64,000 bases of DNA, from IMG/VR virus record IMGVR_UViG_3300003323_000567, positions 32,001 through 96,000 of that record. The stretch is one strand, 5' to 3'. The translations under genes and the position numbers were made by a program. A model generated the notes under the pieces. It was not told the DNA's origin, ran no database searches, and saw only the letters and a program-made list of their open reading frames with translations. Each line of letters opens with the position of its first letter. Position 1 is the stretch's first letter. Of the stretch, positions 26,979 to 36,110 are shown piece by piece. The stretch comes from a virus.

Positions 26979-27350
26979 TTAATCTGCTCTTCTCACTTCC
27001 CTTGGGGAAATGTCAAGAAGTTCAGTGTAATTTACATGTGGGTTAAATAAGATCTTCCCGTTCACATGAAATCCTTCCATAATCTCATGTTCGACAGAGA
27101 GTTTAAAGGCTAAGTAGGCAGTCTTTATCACTTCGTCTTCTGTCATATGATCAGATAAGTAGAATTTCCTTCCATGCCAGATCCCAGCAAAACCAGTTTT
27201 TACACAGGGAGCCTCATATGTAATCTGCATAAAGATTCTACCATCTACAGGCTGCTTATTGTCCCTTTCTACTCTGAGCCTGAAGGAAGAATTACCCAAA
27301 CACTTCATCTCAATCCCCCTGCACAAATTTTCTACTTGTTCAAGTGTCAT
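26979..27350 (-). CDS. phage hypothetical protein
   Basis: GRKFYLS.HMT..E...TA......EHE..E.F.......FNPH. Confidence 0.7.
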   Translation of the reverse strand: MTLEQVENLCRGIEMKCLGNSSFRLRVERDNKQPVDGRIFMQITYEAPCVKTGFAGIWHGRKFYLSDHMTEDEVIKTAYLAFKLSVEHEIMEGFHVNGKILFNPHVNYTELLDISPREVRRAD

Positions 27351-27365
27351 TGTGATGCAGTTTAG

Positions 27366-27506
27366 TACATACCCTCACTACTGTCAATCAAACAGGAGAG
27401 CTCTCCTAACAATGAATTTGCCTCAGTCGAAGCTTTGAGGAACCCATATGTCAAAAAGCTTTGGCGCAAGGGGATAGAAATCCCAAGCCTGTAGTGAGGA
27501 TATGTA
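27366..27506. ncRNA. candidate multibranch structured RNA
   Basis: Closing stem TACATACCCTCACTAC/GTAGTGAGGATATGTA enclosing four hairpins. Confidence 0.45.
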
Positions 27507-27516
27507 GGTTAATGTT

Positions 27517-27750
27517 TTATTCATCAGGAACTACGAACTCTACTGTATCCCTTTGCCTCAAAATCCTTACTCTGGACGCGTAGTTCCCCCTTCCCTGAGG
27601 GAGTATATCTTTGTTCTTATCACAGAACTCCCCTACTCTCTCAACTGCTCTAGTACCCCCTTGGGCAGTAACTGAAAAGGTTCTTTTAACATCGGCATCT
27701 TCGTCATAAATGTATTGGACGAAGTACTGTTTCTTTGCATTTCTGTCCAT
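27517..27750 (-). CDS. hypothetical protein
   Basis: 77-aa ORF. Confidence 0.6.
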   Translation of the reverse strand: MDRNAKKQYFVQYIYDEDADVKRTFSVTAQGGTRAVERVGEFCDKNKDILPQGRGNYASRVRILRQRDTVEFVVPDE

Positions 27751-27767
27751 TACTTTTGCTTTTTAGG

Positions 27768-27920
27768 TTAATCCCATGATTCCCCTGCTGCTATACCAGC
27801 TTTTTCAAACTCGATAGCTTTCTCTAGGCACTTATTCATCATCGTCGCATTGTTCTCCTCCTCTTTCTTAACAGCTCTCTCGAACCATTCGAGGGCTTTT
27901 TTCAGGTTTTCTCCAACCAT
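27768..27920 (-). CDS. small hypothetical protein (50 aa)
   Basis: Manual translation MVGENLKKALEWFERAVK...GESWD*. Confidence 0.55.
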   Translation of the reverse strand: MVGENLKKALEWFERAVKKEEENNATMMNKCLEKAIEFEKAGIAAGESWD

Positions 27921-27949
27921 GTTTAGTGTTTTTAATGTTTAAAAATAAC

Positions 27950-29081
27950 AGATCCCAGTTTTGATTCTAAAGAGTAAGAATTGTTTGTATTTGCTGTATG
28001 GGATCTTATCAGGTCACGACTTTTCCATTACAAGTGGATTGCTTTTAGCTTTTTGCTGTGTGTGACCTTATCAAGTGCCAATGGAGAATCGAACTCCTTT
28101 AGGTTCCTTCCCACCAGGGCCAGGTCTTTTTTCAGAAGAATTTAATGTTTGCTGTGTGGCACTTTATCAGGGTTCTCTTTTTTGCTTTTTACGTGTGCTA
28201 CCATTACACCATCTCCAGGTTTGTACCCTTTTGTTTGGGGGCGTCAAGTACCATGGGCCGCCCATGTCCCAGGTATAACTACGGGGAGGGTACTTAACCG
28301 ATTGTCTGGAGAAGGGGATTCGAACCTAAGCAAGTCTGACTTGCCCCTACCACGTCCTCCTGATGGATTTTGCTAATATTTGCTGTAAGAACCCTTAACG
28401 GGTGACTGTTTTTAACTTATTTGCCAAAAGTTTAATATTTGCTGTAAGTCACCCTAGCAGATGCTGTTTTGTTGCTTTACGCATTCTAGCCATTAAACTA
28501 ACCCCCTGTAATACCTTCCTATTAGCTTTCAGTCCAGTTTGAAGGTAGTCTGTCTTCTTCTCCTGAAATCAGCTTAACCCAGTACAGACACATGAGGTAA
28601 GGAAGATATTGCAGGGGGCGGGGGGATTCGAACACCCCCATCTCGTCCGTGAAAAGGATTGCTAATGTTTGCAGTTCAGCATCTTAACAGGTAAGTGTTT
28701 CCTATACGGCCTCCAGTACCCCTTAGGGCCTTTGGAACTCCCTTTTTCGCATCAGCCTAATCAAGGGAAATCGTTGTGTCATTTCTGACCTGAACTACCT
28801 TAGGGCCATTATTCGGCTTTAGTTGCTGTTACTTACCTTAGCAGGTGTCAGTATGACTCTAATAAAAATAGAATAGTATTTGCTGTGTGACACCTTCAAA
28901 AAAGAGCAGGGGATCTCAATTTTCACCCCTGCCCTCAAGATCCCTTTAATCGTTCAGTTCTTCCAGAGGCTTTAGAGAGTATACGGGGCACCTTTCGCTT
29001 ATTCTGGATTCCCTTACTAGACACTCAGGATTTGTCATTCTTGATTTTAGACTATAATTATTGTTTGCTGTAGGTGACCCC
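27950..29081 (-). ncRNA. tandem array of 9 stem-ACAGCAA RNA units (Y-RNA/YrlA-like)
   Basis: Units 27950-28006, 28011-28068, 28073-28164, 28169-28395, 28400-28454, 28459-28684, 28689-28838, 28843-28895, 28985-29081. Each has its own 7-9-bp terminal stem followed by ACAGCAA; the first eight are joined by 4-nt GNTA spacers. Confidence 0.85.
28898..28936 (-). terminator. terminator-like hairpin inside the array
   Basis: GAGGGCAGGGG...CCCCTGCTC-TTTTTT. Confidence 0.55.
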
Positions 29082-29242
29082 TTATTTTCCTTCATAATAC
29101 CAGCCTTGTCCAAAGATATTTAAGATGTCTATCAGGGGCATTGCAAGAAGTCTAACGAAGTCTACACGATATCCCTTTGAATCCTTCACGTCTAATCTGT
29201 TTTGGACAATGTAGACGAGATCTGACATGCATGTTATCTCTT

Positions 29243-31039
29243 TCATACTTTAACCAGGTTTAAGATTTCCTGATCCAGAGCTACATCCACAAGCTCTGCT
29301 GCATTTTTGATTCTGGAAGTTAAGAAGGCTACTGTAGAAGCTGAATAGCCACTAAAGTAGTACACGTTTGGAACATCCCCAAATGTCTCGAACTTTGTAC
29401 CGGAATTACCTCTGTAGTACCCATTAGGTATATTCCACAGAGCTATTACAAAATCATTGACATACTCAGGAGTGAACCCAGCATTCCTAAGGGCTAGGCG
29501 AGAAGATTCCACATTTGTTCTACCCAACATGCCAGGATTAAACTCACCATCAGAGATACATAGTATCCCCTTCGGGAAGTGGGTTTCGGGGACTCCTTGG
29601 TTCTTAATCTTGATGAAAAGCTGTATAACACTCTGGAAATCAGTGCTTCCATAATAACTTGCATTATCATTGAACCACTTTTCCACGGGGGTAGATCCTA
29701 CCCATGTATGCATCTTTGCATCAGTATTAAACTCTATCCAGCTATCAGCAAATTCACCCTCTAAGAACTCTGAGAAGTACAGTGCAAGTGCCTTCGCAAT
29801 AGCATTAGAAGACATATTTGTACCAATAGCCTGTGAAGCCATTGAGCCAGAAGTGTCCCTTACAACAATCAATGAGGTGGTATGATCCTCGGATTTGCCT
29901 TTAGCAACGAGGGTCACAAATTGCTTGTTGACAGTTTCCCTTACATGCTCTGGAACCTGGTGCAGTGTCTTATATTTCCCACCATTTCCTTGCCAGAACC
30001 CAAAGTCTTCAAAGAGCTCATGTACATATCCAGTGTACTTTACAGCCTCTGTAGTAGGCTTCTTAACCCATTGTGTGTATTTTTCCTGTAAGCCTTGACG
30101 CTTCAGGAATTTGCTCCTTACAAGGAGTGATAAAGCACGTCCATGAATTTTGCTAAAGTCTATGCGATCCATCTTCTTTTGGGAGATGAGCTTTTGCCAT
30201 TCATGGGCAGTGCCTGAACTTTTTAGCTTCCTGTACTTTTTGTAGCTGCGACCATTTGTGTTATAATACTCCTTATCTGACCCAAACGTGATGGGGCTCT
30301 TACCTTCCATAAAATCCTCCTTAGTTCCAAACAGCAAAGAGCATATCCACTTGGCTACCATGTTGTCAGCTTGTGCTTCCACAGTAGTACATTTTGCATT
30401 TGTCTGGATACTTGGGAGATACTTTTTCACCAATTCACAGGTGTTCTTATCCCCAAGGGCAGATAGTAGGAATTTACCAATTACATCCCAAGGAAGTACT
30501 CTACCATTCCATCCATGATACATCAGGTCAGTTTGGAGCATTGTAATAATGTCCTTCCATGATCCGAGTATCGGAATTATCCAAAGGTTCTCAACAAAAG
30601 CCTGACGATCTTTATGAGACAGCCATAGCAACCTCATTATACCTTCATGCTTAAGCTCAGCACCCCTTTGGGTAATGGAGGTAGTTCTACCTAAAAAGTC
30701 AGTTGGTCTTGTAATTGTACGTATGTAGAAGGCCATTTTAACTGCCTTCAGTGGGTCTTCAGCCCATAAAGCCTCACAGTCCCTTGCTATTTCAGCAAAG
30801 GTTCTGGGTTTCTTATATTCACCCAATTTGCCAAACTGGTCCACAAAGGAATTTCCTGTTGTAGAATATTTAAGGGCATTGTTCCCAGAACGGGTCTCTG
30901 CTGCCTTTTTAAGCCCAGCCTGAACAAAAGCTTGGTTTTTCTGAGCTTCTAAAGTACCATCAAGTACTTTATTAACTCCAGATGTCTTTCTGCTCCCCGA
31001 ACGTGGGGAGAATAATTGAGTCTTTTTGCTGTCAAACAT
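29243..31039 (-). CDS. DUF2828-like protein (Ro60/TROVE-like helical region + C-terminal vWA)
   Basis: STTG..VDQF, FYIR, GSWKD, KKYLP, YRK, MIDAS RDTSGSM, GSTDF, ISDGEF, WN, SGYS. Confidence 0.8.
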   Translation of the reverse strand: MFDSKKTQLFSPRSGSRKTSGVNKVLDGTLEAQKNQAFVQAGLKKAAETRSGNNALKYSTTGNSFVDQFGKLGEYKKPRTFAEIARDCEALWAEDPLKAVKMAFYIRTITRPTDFLGRTTSITQRGAELKHEGIMRLLWLSHKDRQAFVENLWIIPILGSWKDIITMLQTDLMYHGWNGRVLPWDVIGKFLLSALGDKNTCELVKKYLPSIQTNAKCTTVEAQADNMVAKWICSLLFGTKEDFMEGKSPITFGSDKEYYNTNGRSYKKYRKLKSSGTAHEWQKLISQKKMDRIDFSKIHGRALSLLVRSKFLKRQGLQEKYTQWVKKPTTEAVKYTGYVHELFEDFGFWQGNGGKYKTLHQVPEHVRETVNKQFVTLVAKGKSEDHTTSLIVVRDTSGSMASQAIGTNMSSNAIAKALALYFSEFLEGEFADSWIEFNTDAKMHTWVGSTPVEKWFNDNASYYGSTDFQSVIQLFIKIKNQGVPETHFPKGILCISDGEFNPGMLGRTNVESSRLALRNAGFTPEYVNDFVIALWNIPNGYYRGNSGTKFETFGDVPNVYYFSGYSASTVAFLTSRIKNAAELVDVALDQEILNLVKV

Positions 31040-31048
31040 CTTCTTGGT

Positions 31049-31375
31049 TTAAAATGTCCCCAAAGTTAGGGAAACTGTTGGAATTCCTTCCAAAGATTCT
31101 TTGGCCAATCGAGATAGGCGATTTATTTCATCAGCAGGGTATCTTGAGGACATGCCTCCCCAATCCTCTATAACGTTTATATTATAACTTCTTTGATTAG
31201 GAGGAGTACCAATACTGAGCTTGTGCGAAGATACCTGTACATAGGTATCAGGAAACATTCTCATTAATGCCTGCTGAAGAACACATCCCCTTTTTCCTGT
31301 ACCGGCTCTAAAGCCATTGGGAGCATCCCTGAAATCCTCAGGGATGATCTCCACTTCTAATACATTGCTGCCCAT
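31049..31375 (-). CDS. hypothetical protein
   Basis: 108-aa ORF. Confidence 0.65.
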   Translation of the reverse strand: MGSNVLEVEIIPEDFRDAPNGFRAGTGKRGCVLQQALMRMFPDTYVQVSSHKLSIGTPPNQRSYNINVIEDWGGMSSRYPADEINRLSRLAKESLEGIPTVSLTLGTF

Positions 31376-31683
31376 ACCTTTTGCATTTCAGCTTGCTTAA
31401 TGCGATCTTCTTCCTTCTCTTTGAGAAGCTCTGTAAGGTCAGGTTCTCCTGCCTTCAGAACTACTGTGAAGTGCCCGGGCACAAAGGTCACTCCAGGAAT
31501 CTCTTCGAATTGCACTACGTTATAAAGTGTACAGCATACCCTCTCCTGTCCTGTCCAGCTTACTGTGAGATTTGAGGGTGCATCCGGGTATACATGCCTT
31601 ACTATCCTAGCTCCTCTTTCCCAGAAAGCAGCATTTACCAACGTATACCTTTCTCTCAGTTGAACAATGTCTCCCTTTTTCAT
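31357..31683 (-). CDS. hypothetical protein (paralog family with 33111 and 33394)
   Basis: MxKGxIVxL...FEE.PG..F...HF. Confidence 0.65.
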   Translation of the reverse strand: MKKGDIVQLRERYTLVNAAFWERGARIVRHVYPDAPSNLTVSWTGQERVCCTLYNVVQFEEIPGVTFVPGHFTVVLKAGEPDLTELLKEKEEDRIKQAEMQKVWAAMY

Positions 31684-31715
31684 AATTGATTGATTTTGAG
31701 TGTGTTTTGATAAAT

Positions 31716-32291
31716 TTAGGCTGATCTTCTATGATCAGTAATAAGAATATCCCTAAGGGACATGAGAGATGATATAGTGCCAAAAGATAATGGGTAATAA
31801 TCCCTTATATTAATCCCCACATCAATGCTCTTCCCCCAAGGGACTTTATCAAGGGTTCCATGAGAATGCCCATGTATGTTCCAAGACCCATGAGGGGAAT
31901 TTGGCCATGCATACATTCTGCAGTGATTCAGAATGATCTTTTGCCCATCTATAACAATGGTCAGCTGTTCTCCATGGTAGATACCACATCTATGATACAA
32001 CCTTATAGTGTCTTCATGATCATGGTTACCTTTGATGAAGTGCTTTATACCATTCATATCTCTGAGCATGAGCTCAGCCTCCTTTAGATCCCCAAGGGAT
32101 AGATCTCCTAAAAACCAGAGGTGGTCGTTTGGTCTGACAATCTTATTGTGACATTCCACAATATATTTGTCGTGATCCTCAATGGTCTCAAATGGCCTGT
32201 TGTCATATTTGAGCACATTATTGTGACCCCAATGGTAATCAGAAGCAAAATAGTGCTCTACGGTCTTAGACCGAGTGAATTTTAGGCTCAT
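31716..32291 (-). CDS. calcineurin-like metallophosphoesterase
   Basis: SDYH, LGD, GNHD, HGHSH. Confidence 0.9.
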   Translation of the reverse strand: MSLKFTRSKTVEHYFASDYHWGHNNVLKYDNRPFETIEDHDKYIVECHNKIVRPNDHLWFLGDLSLGDLKEAELMLRDMNGIKHFIKGNHDHEDTIRLYHRCGIYHGEQLTIVIDGQKIILNHCRMYAWPNSPHGSWNIHGHSHGTLDKVPWGKSIDVGINIRDYYPLSFGTISSLMSLRDILITDHRRSA

Positions 32292-32503
32292 TTTCTGTGT
32301 TTTAGCTTGATTTCATCACCTGTCTCGAGGAGCCAGTAAAAGATATAAGCCAAGGGTAAGCATTTTCCAAAATCAGGAATTAGGGAATGAGCAGCTGAAT
32401 AAGCTATTGCAATATTCATTATCCAAGATATCCAGGAGACTAGAATTGTAAGTCTCTCAAGTGTTTTTTCTGTCATACTAGCTCCTTTTTTGTCTGGCTT
32501 CAT
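32288..32503 (-). CDS. small membrane protein
   Basis: Two hydrophobic segments. Confidence 0.55.
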   Translation of the reverse strand: MKPDKKGASMTEKTLERLTILVSWISWIMNIAIAYSAAHSLIPDFGKCLPLAYIFYWLLETGDEIKLKHRK

Positions 32504-33017
32504 CTCTTATTTTCATAAGAATTCTGCCAAGTTTGTTTAAGCCCGTACCATTGCATGTACCCCAATAGTCATCCCTCCACCAATTGGTCTCCTCCAAGTA
32601 CTTATCTCCTGTCGAGAGGAGAAGATTTCTTAAATAAGGATTGGAGAACTTGATGACATTAAGATCATACATTATCTTATCCCTTACCTGCAATATGAGC
32701 ATCCCCTGGGAATCAGTGACCTGATCTTCCTGGGGCAACATGCTAATCCAATCAGCTCTAAGTGCAATTTGTCTACCTTTACTCTTAGCTTCACTAGGAG
32801 ATAAGTCAACAAATGATTTTCTTGCTTCAGATCTGCTGGGATGTAATTTAGCTGCCTGGTAAGCATTTTCATTTGAGGGATACAGAATCCCTTCATATTC
32901 AATGGAATGCAAATGAAAATTGGATAAGAACCTATGTTTGTCAAAAAACCCATAAACGTGGGTATCAGTGACTTTGTAAATTGCCTTTGCTTTGGTGGTT
33001 AATTCCATACTCCGCAT
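32478..33017 (-). CDS. NADAR-family protein
   Basis: FLSNF, E.AYQAAK, LLSTG..YL.E, D.YWG, G.NKLG.ILM..R. Confidence 0.9.
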   Translation of the reverse strand: MRSMELTTKAKAIYKVTDTHVYGFFDKHRFLSNFHLHSIEYEGILYPSNENAYQAAKLHPSRSEARKSFVDLSPSEAKSKGRQIALRADWISMLPQEDQVTDSQGMLILQVRDKIMYDLNVIKFSNPYLRNLLLSTGDKYLEETNWWRDDYWGTCNGTGLNKLGRILMKIRDEARQKRS

Positions 33018-33110
33018 TTAAAAGGTAGAGAGCCAAGTACATGACCTGGCTCTAAACCAAGTTCTGCACATGAACTGACTCTTGAAGAAGAACACTGGGA
33101 GTCAATATCT

Positions 33111-33383
33111 TTAGGCCTCTAACAATGCTTCTAGCTTTACCTCTTCAGGCTTTTGGATCTCTTTGAAATGGTTTCCATTGAATAATAGACCAGGGAATTC
33201 CTCAAGCTCTATTCCTGGATGAGGTTTTCCACAACCACTACAGATGTAATCCCGTGGGTTGTTTGACAGAGTATAAGGAGTATTGTGCAGTAACAGGGGA
33301 TATCCATTTTCTGACATTACTCTTAGTTCCTCTGCGGCAGGGAAGAATTCTTCCCTTAGTTCAACGATACTTCCCTTTTCCAT
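33111..33383 (-). CDS. hypothetical protein (paralog family)
   Basis: MEKGSIVEL...LEEFPG..F...HFKEIQKP. Confidence 0.65.
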   Translation of the reverse strand: MEKGSIVELREEFFPAAEELRVMSENGYPLLLHNTPYTLSNNPRDYICSGCGKPHPGIELEEFPGLLFNGNHFKEIQKPEEVKLEALLEA

Positions 33384-33393
33384 ACAGATGATT

Positions 33394-33660
33394 TTAGGTT
33401 ACCAGAATTTCATTTAGGTTGATTTGCATGGGTTCTTGCACTTCTACAAAGAAGGATGCATCAAATTCCCATTCGTCCAGCTCTTCTATCTGTATTGTAA
33501 TAGCTCCTCTTTGTGTCATGTGACAACATGTCAAAGCGGGGCCCCTTTTTACAGTATAGATCTGTCCGAAATCTGGGAGGGGGATTCCGTACATGCTTCC
33601 CAATAGCATCCATTCTACCAGAAGAGGTTTGGCAAGCGTTATTAGACTGCCTTTCTGCAT
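33394..33660 (-). CDS. hypothetical protein (paralog family)
   Basis: MQKGSLITL...IEEL...F...FFVEVQEP. Confidence 0.65.
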   Translation of the reverse strand: MQKGSLITLAKPLLVEWMLLGSMYGIPLPDFGQIYTVKRGPALTCCHMTQRGAITIQIEELDEWEFDASFFVEVQEPMQINLNEILVT

Positions 33661-33666
33661 GGGCTG

Positions 33667-34113
33667 TTAGTTTGAGGGTTCTTCAGCGTTGTTCTGTTGC
33701 GTATCCTCTGCCACAGCTTCCCCGAGGGTCTGATAGTACTCACGTTCTATCTGATCCATTTGATGAATAATGGACAGAGCTGCATCAACCTTTTTAAGGA
33801 AATCCTTCTTTGCTTCGAGGATAACCTTCTTAAACTCTCTTTCTTTGTCAGCTATTGTTTTATCGACCTTTCTTTTGTCTTCAACAAGAGCTACATAGGA
33901 GTTTTCGAACTGTAGAAAGAGCTCTTCTTTTTTCTTAGTGACAATCCTATTCATTAATTCGGGAAGGTCAACTTTTTCCAGTTTTTGAGATTTGGCCCAA
34001 TTAGGATCACCTGTGAGGGCAGTCAGCTGCCTCAAAGATCGCTCATATCTAGCCTCGATCTTTTTGGCTTCTTTGCCTTGATCCTCAGTACTTTGAGATT
34101 TGTTTTCCTCCAT
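33667..34113 (-). CDS. coiled-coil hypothetical protein
   Basis: 148-aa ORF. Confidence 0.7.
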   Translation of the reverse strand: MEENKSQSTEDQGKEAKKIEARYERSLRQLTALTGDPNWAKSQKLEKVDLPELMNRIVTKKKEELFLQFENSYVALVEDKRKVDKTIADKEREFKKVILEAKKDFLKKVDAALSIIHQMDQIEREYYQTLGEAVAEDTQQNNAEEPSN

Positions 34114-34498
34114 GGTTCAAAGATTTTTTCAGCTCTAAAATCACTTTGCTCAACTCATAAGAAAACTTGTCCTGAAATTCCATAACATCTATTTCGAGCA
34201 AAGCTCCTTCCAGACCATCCAAAATCTGGTTTCTGAAGGTGGGAGTATAAGCTTGCCTCTCTTTAACGAAAGATAGACTTGCAATAAATCCCTTAGGGGT
34301 GAAAGACATAATAATGTGATCAGGCTTAATTGCTACCCTGAGGTCTGTTGAGTCATATCCATCTCTAAGCCTGGTTATCAGCTTATTGTAGAATATACCT
34401 CTCAGCTCACTGGGAGCTATGGGTGCATTCACTTGTCTAACCACCCAATCACTGTAATCTATCAGGGCCCCGCTCAAAATAGTTGTGTGGTCAATCAT
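34085..34498 (-). CDS. hypothetical protein
   Basis: 137-aa ORF. Confidence 0.65.
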   Translation of the reverse strand: MIDHTTILSGALIDYSDWVVRQVNAPIAPSELRGIFYNKLITRLRDGYDSTDLRVAIKPDHIIMSFTPKGFIASLSFVKERQAYTPTFRNQILDGLEGALLEIDVMEFQDKFSYELSKVILELKKSLNHGGKQISKY

Positions 34499-34499
34499 T

Positions 34500-34715
34500 T
34501 TACATGTTTTTGAATGAGGTTACCCACGACGTTACATAGCCATGGTACTTATGTAAGAAGTCAATTTTACCCCTCGATTTGATACCCACATCTCCTTTGG
34601 CCAATGACCCAAAGAGCATGTAGACAATCTTTCTGTCCCGAGGGATCAGGAGATCTGACTTCTGGTTCAGCTGGTTTACAACTGTTTCCTCCTGGTAGTT
34701 TCGCTTTTTTGCCAT
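34500..34715 (-). CDS. hypothetical protein
   Basis: 71-aa ORF, GIK..GKIDFL. Confidence 0.65.
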   Translation of the reverse strand: MAKKRNYQEETVVNQLNQKSDLLIPRDRKIVYMLFGSLAKGDVGIKSRGKIDFLHKYHGYVTSWVTSFKNM

Positions 34716-34861
34716 ATATCTTTAGCTCTAAACCTTAGCTTCAGAGCGTATCTTATCTCCCAGTATCTTTAACACCCTCTCATACCTCCATCTTTGCCAG
34801 TGCCAAGCGCAAAACATACCAGCACAGAAGGAGAGTCCTGAAAATAACCAGACAAGTGTTG

Positions 34862-34987
34862 TCATGATTGTTTGTTTTGGTCTTCTTTGACTTTTTCAAT
34901 GTCAACCCACTTATTAGCAACAGCTATTCCAGTGAGTATTATGCCACCTACTATGCCCAATATAAGACCGAAGAAAAATCCACCCAT
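34862..34987 (-). CDS. small membrane peptide
   Basis: MGGFFFGLILGIVGGIILTGIAVANK; start moved to ATG 34987. Confidence 0.55.
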   Translation of the reverse strand: MGGFFFGLILGIVGGIILTGIAVANKWVDIEKVKEDQNKQS

Positions 34988-35015
34988 AAGAAAAGTTTTT
35001 AATGTTAAGAAAAGA

Positions 35016-35173
35016 TGTTCCCTGTCTGCCTTCCAGGGGCAGAGATAGTCCCAGTCAGCTATCACTGGGCGACTGTACATTTGCTACCCTCCTTTCAGGA
35101 ATGTCTCTGGAAAAGATATGAACTCCGTTGCAAGTGTGGATCTGCCTTCATTTCCCTCAGGGAGCAGGGAACA
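35016..35173. ncRNA. candidate structured RNA
   Basis: Closing stem TGTTCCCTG/CAGGGAACA with several GC-rich hairpins. Confidence 0.4.
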
Positions 35174-35220
35174 ATAATGAGAGTAGTTAGCCCTCACTAT
35201 TCCTAAACATGGAAGGATCT

Positions 35221-35871
35221 TTAATCATTTATAGCTGCCAGGAGCTTCTCAGTGATGGTTTCAGCACCCTCAAGCTTCTTGGTATCCACAATATCAAACT
35301 TGGCATTCATTTTAGGAACCAGTTCATCGTCCAATTCCTGGAGGAATGCTGCTGCACTTGAGTCATTTCCTACCTGAAGGAAGGTAATGGCAATTTCTCC
35401 ATCAGCATCTATGCTGTTGGCAGCCTTTACAAGAACATTTTTGGTGGCCTTTCTGTCACTTGGCTCACCATCGGTTATAATAGCCAGAAGTACAGGTTTG
35501 GGATTTTTACCGGCAGCCTTGTCTGTCAAATATTTATCCACTACTTTGCTGATCATTTGATCTGTGGGTGTTCCACCATCGGGTTCATTTTCTGTGAAGA
35601 TCTGATTGAGCAGTTCGTCAGTACCTGTGACGTTGTTGTACATCTTGACCATAGATCCTCCAAAGATACCTATGTCTATGCCATCAGTATCAATGGTGGC
35701 TGCCTTTCTGGCCAATGAGCCAGCTGCTTCTTTAGCAAAATCCCAGCGGGACTTTCCTCCTGTGGTGTCATCTTTAGTTCCCATTGAACCAGATCTGTCA
35801 ATTGCTACTGTAATGTCATACTTTGCGAGGTCTGCCACTGTGGCTTGTGTTGTTTCCATGTTTTTGTTCAT
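35221..35871 (-). CDS. vWA domain protein
   Basis: DRSGS, GGTPT, ITDGEP, FLQVGND, FDIVD. Confidence 0.88.
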   Translation of the reverse strand: MNKNMETTQATVADLAKYDITVAIDRSGSMGTKDDTTGGKSRWDFAKEAAGSLARKAATIDTDGIDIGIFGGSMVKMYNNVTGTDELLNQIFTENEPDGGTPTDQMISKVVDKYLTDKAAGKNPKPVLLAIITDGEPSDRKATKNVLVKAANSIDADGEIAITFLQVGNDSSAAAFLQELDDELVPKMNAKFDIVDTKKLEGAETITEKLLAAIND

Positions 35872-35891
35872 GTTTTATTGTTAATAATAGA

Positions 35892-36110
35892 CTATCCTTC
35901 CTTTTGATTCAGGGTTGCATCACTAACACCATCACAGTTGTCCCCTTGGGCAGTGTGTGGGGCGAGGTGCCAAGTAGCAAGTATTCCAGCATAAATAGCT
36001 GGGTCCATTTTGCCACAAGAAAAGCCCCCTGGTCCTACTGTAAGGAATTTGCAGCATTGTGCTCCTTGGCCAATTTTACATATTTCTTGGAGCCAGTTTT
36101 CTATTTGCAT
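35892..36110 (-). CDS. Cys-rich hypothetical protein
   Basis: 72-aa ORF. Confidence 0.6.
   Translation of the reverse strand: MQIENWLQEICKIGQGAQCCKFLTVGPGGFSCGKMDPAIYAGILATWHLAPHTAQGDNCDGVSDATLNQKEG

Noticed and set aside
27950-29081. CRISPR array
   Set aside because: Only ~7-8 nt are shared; stems differ in sequence, unit length varies 53-227 nt, and there are no cas genes in the window.
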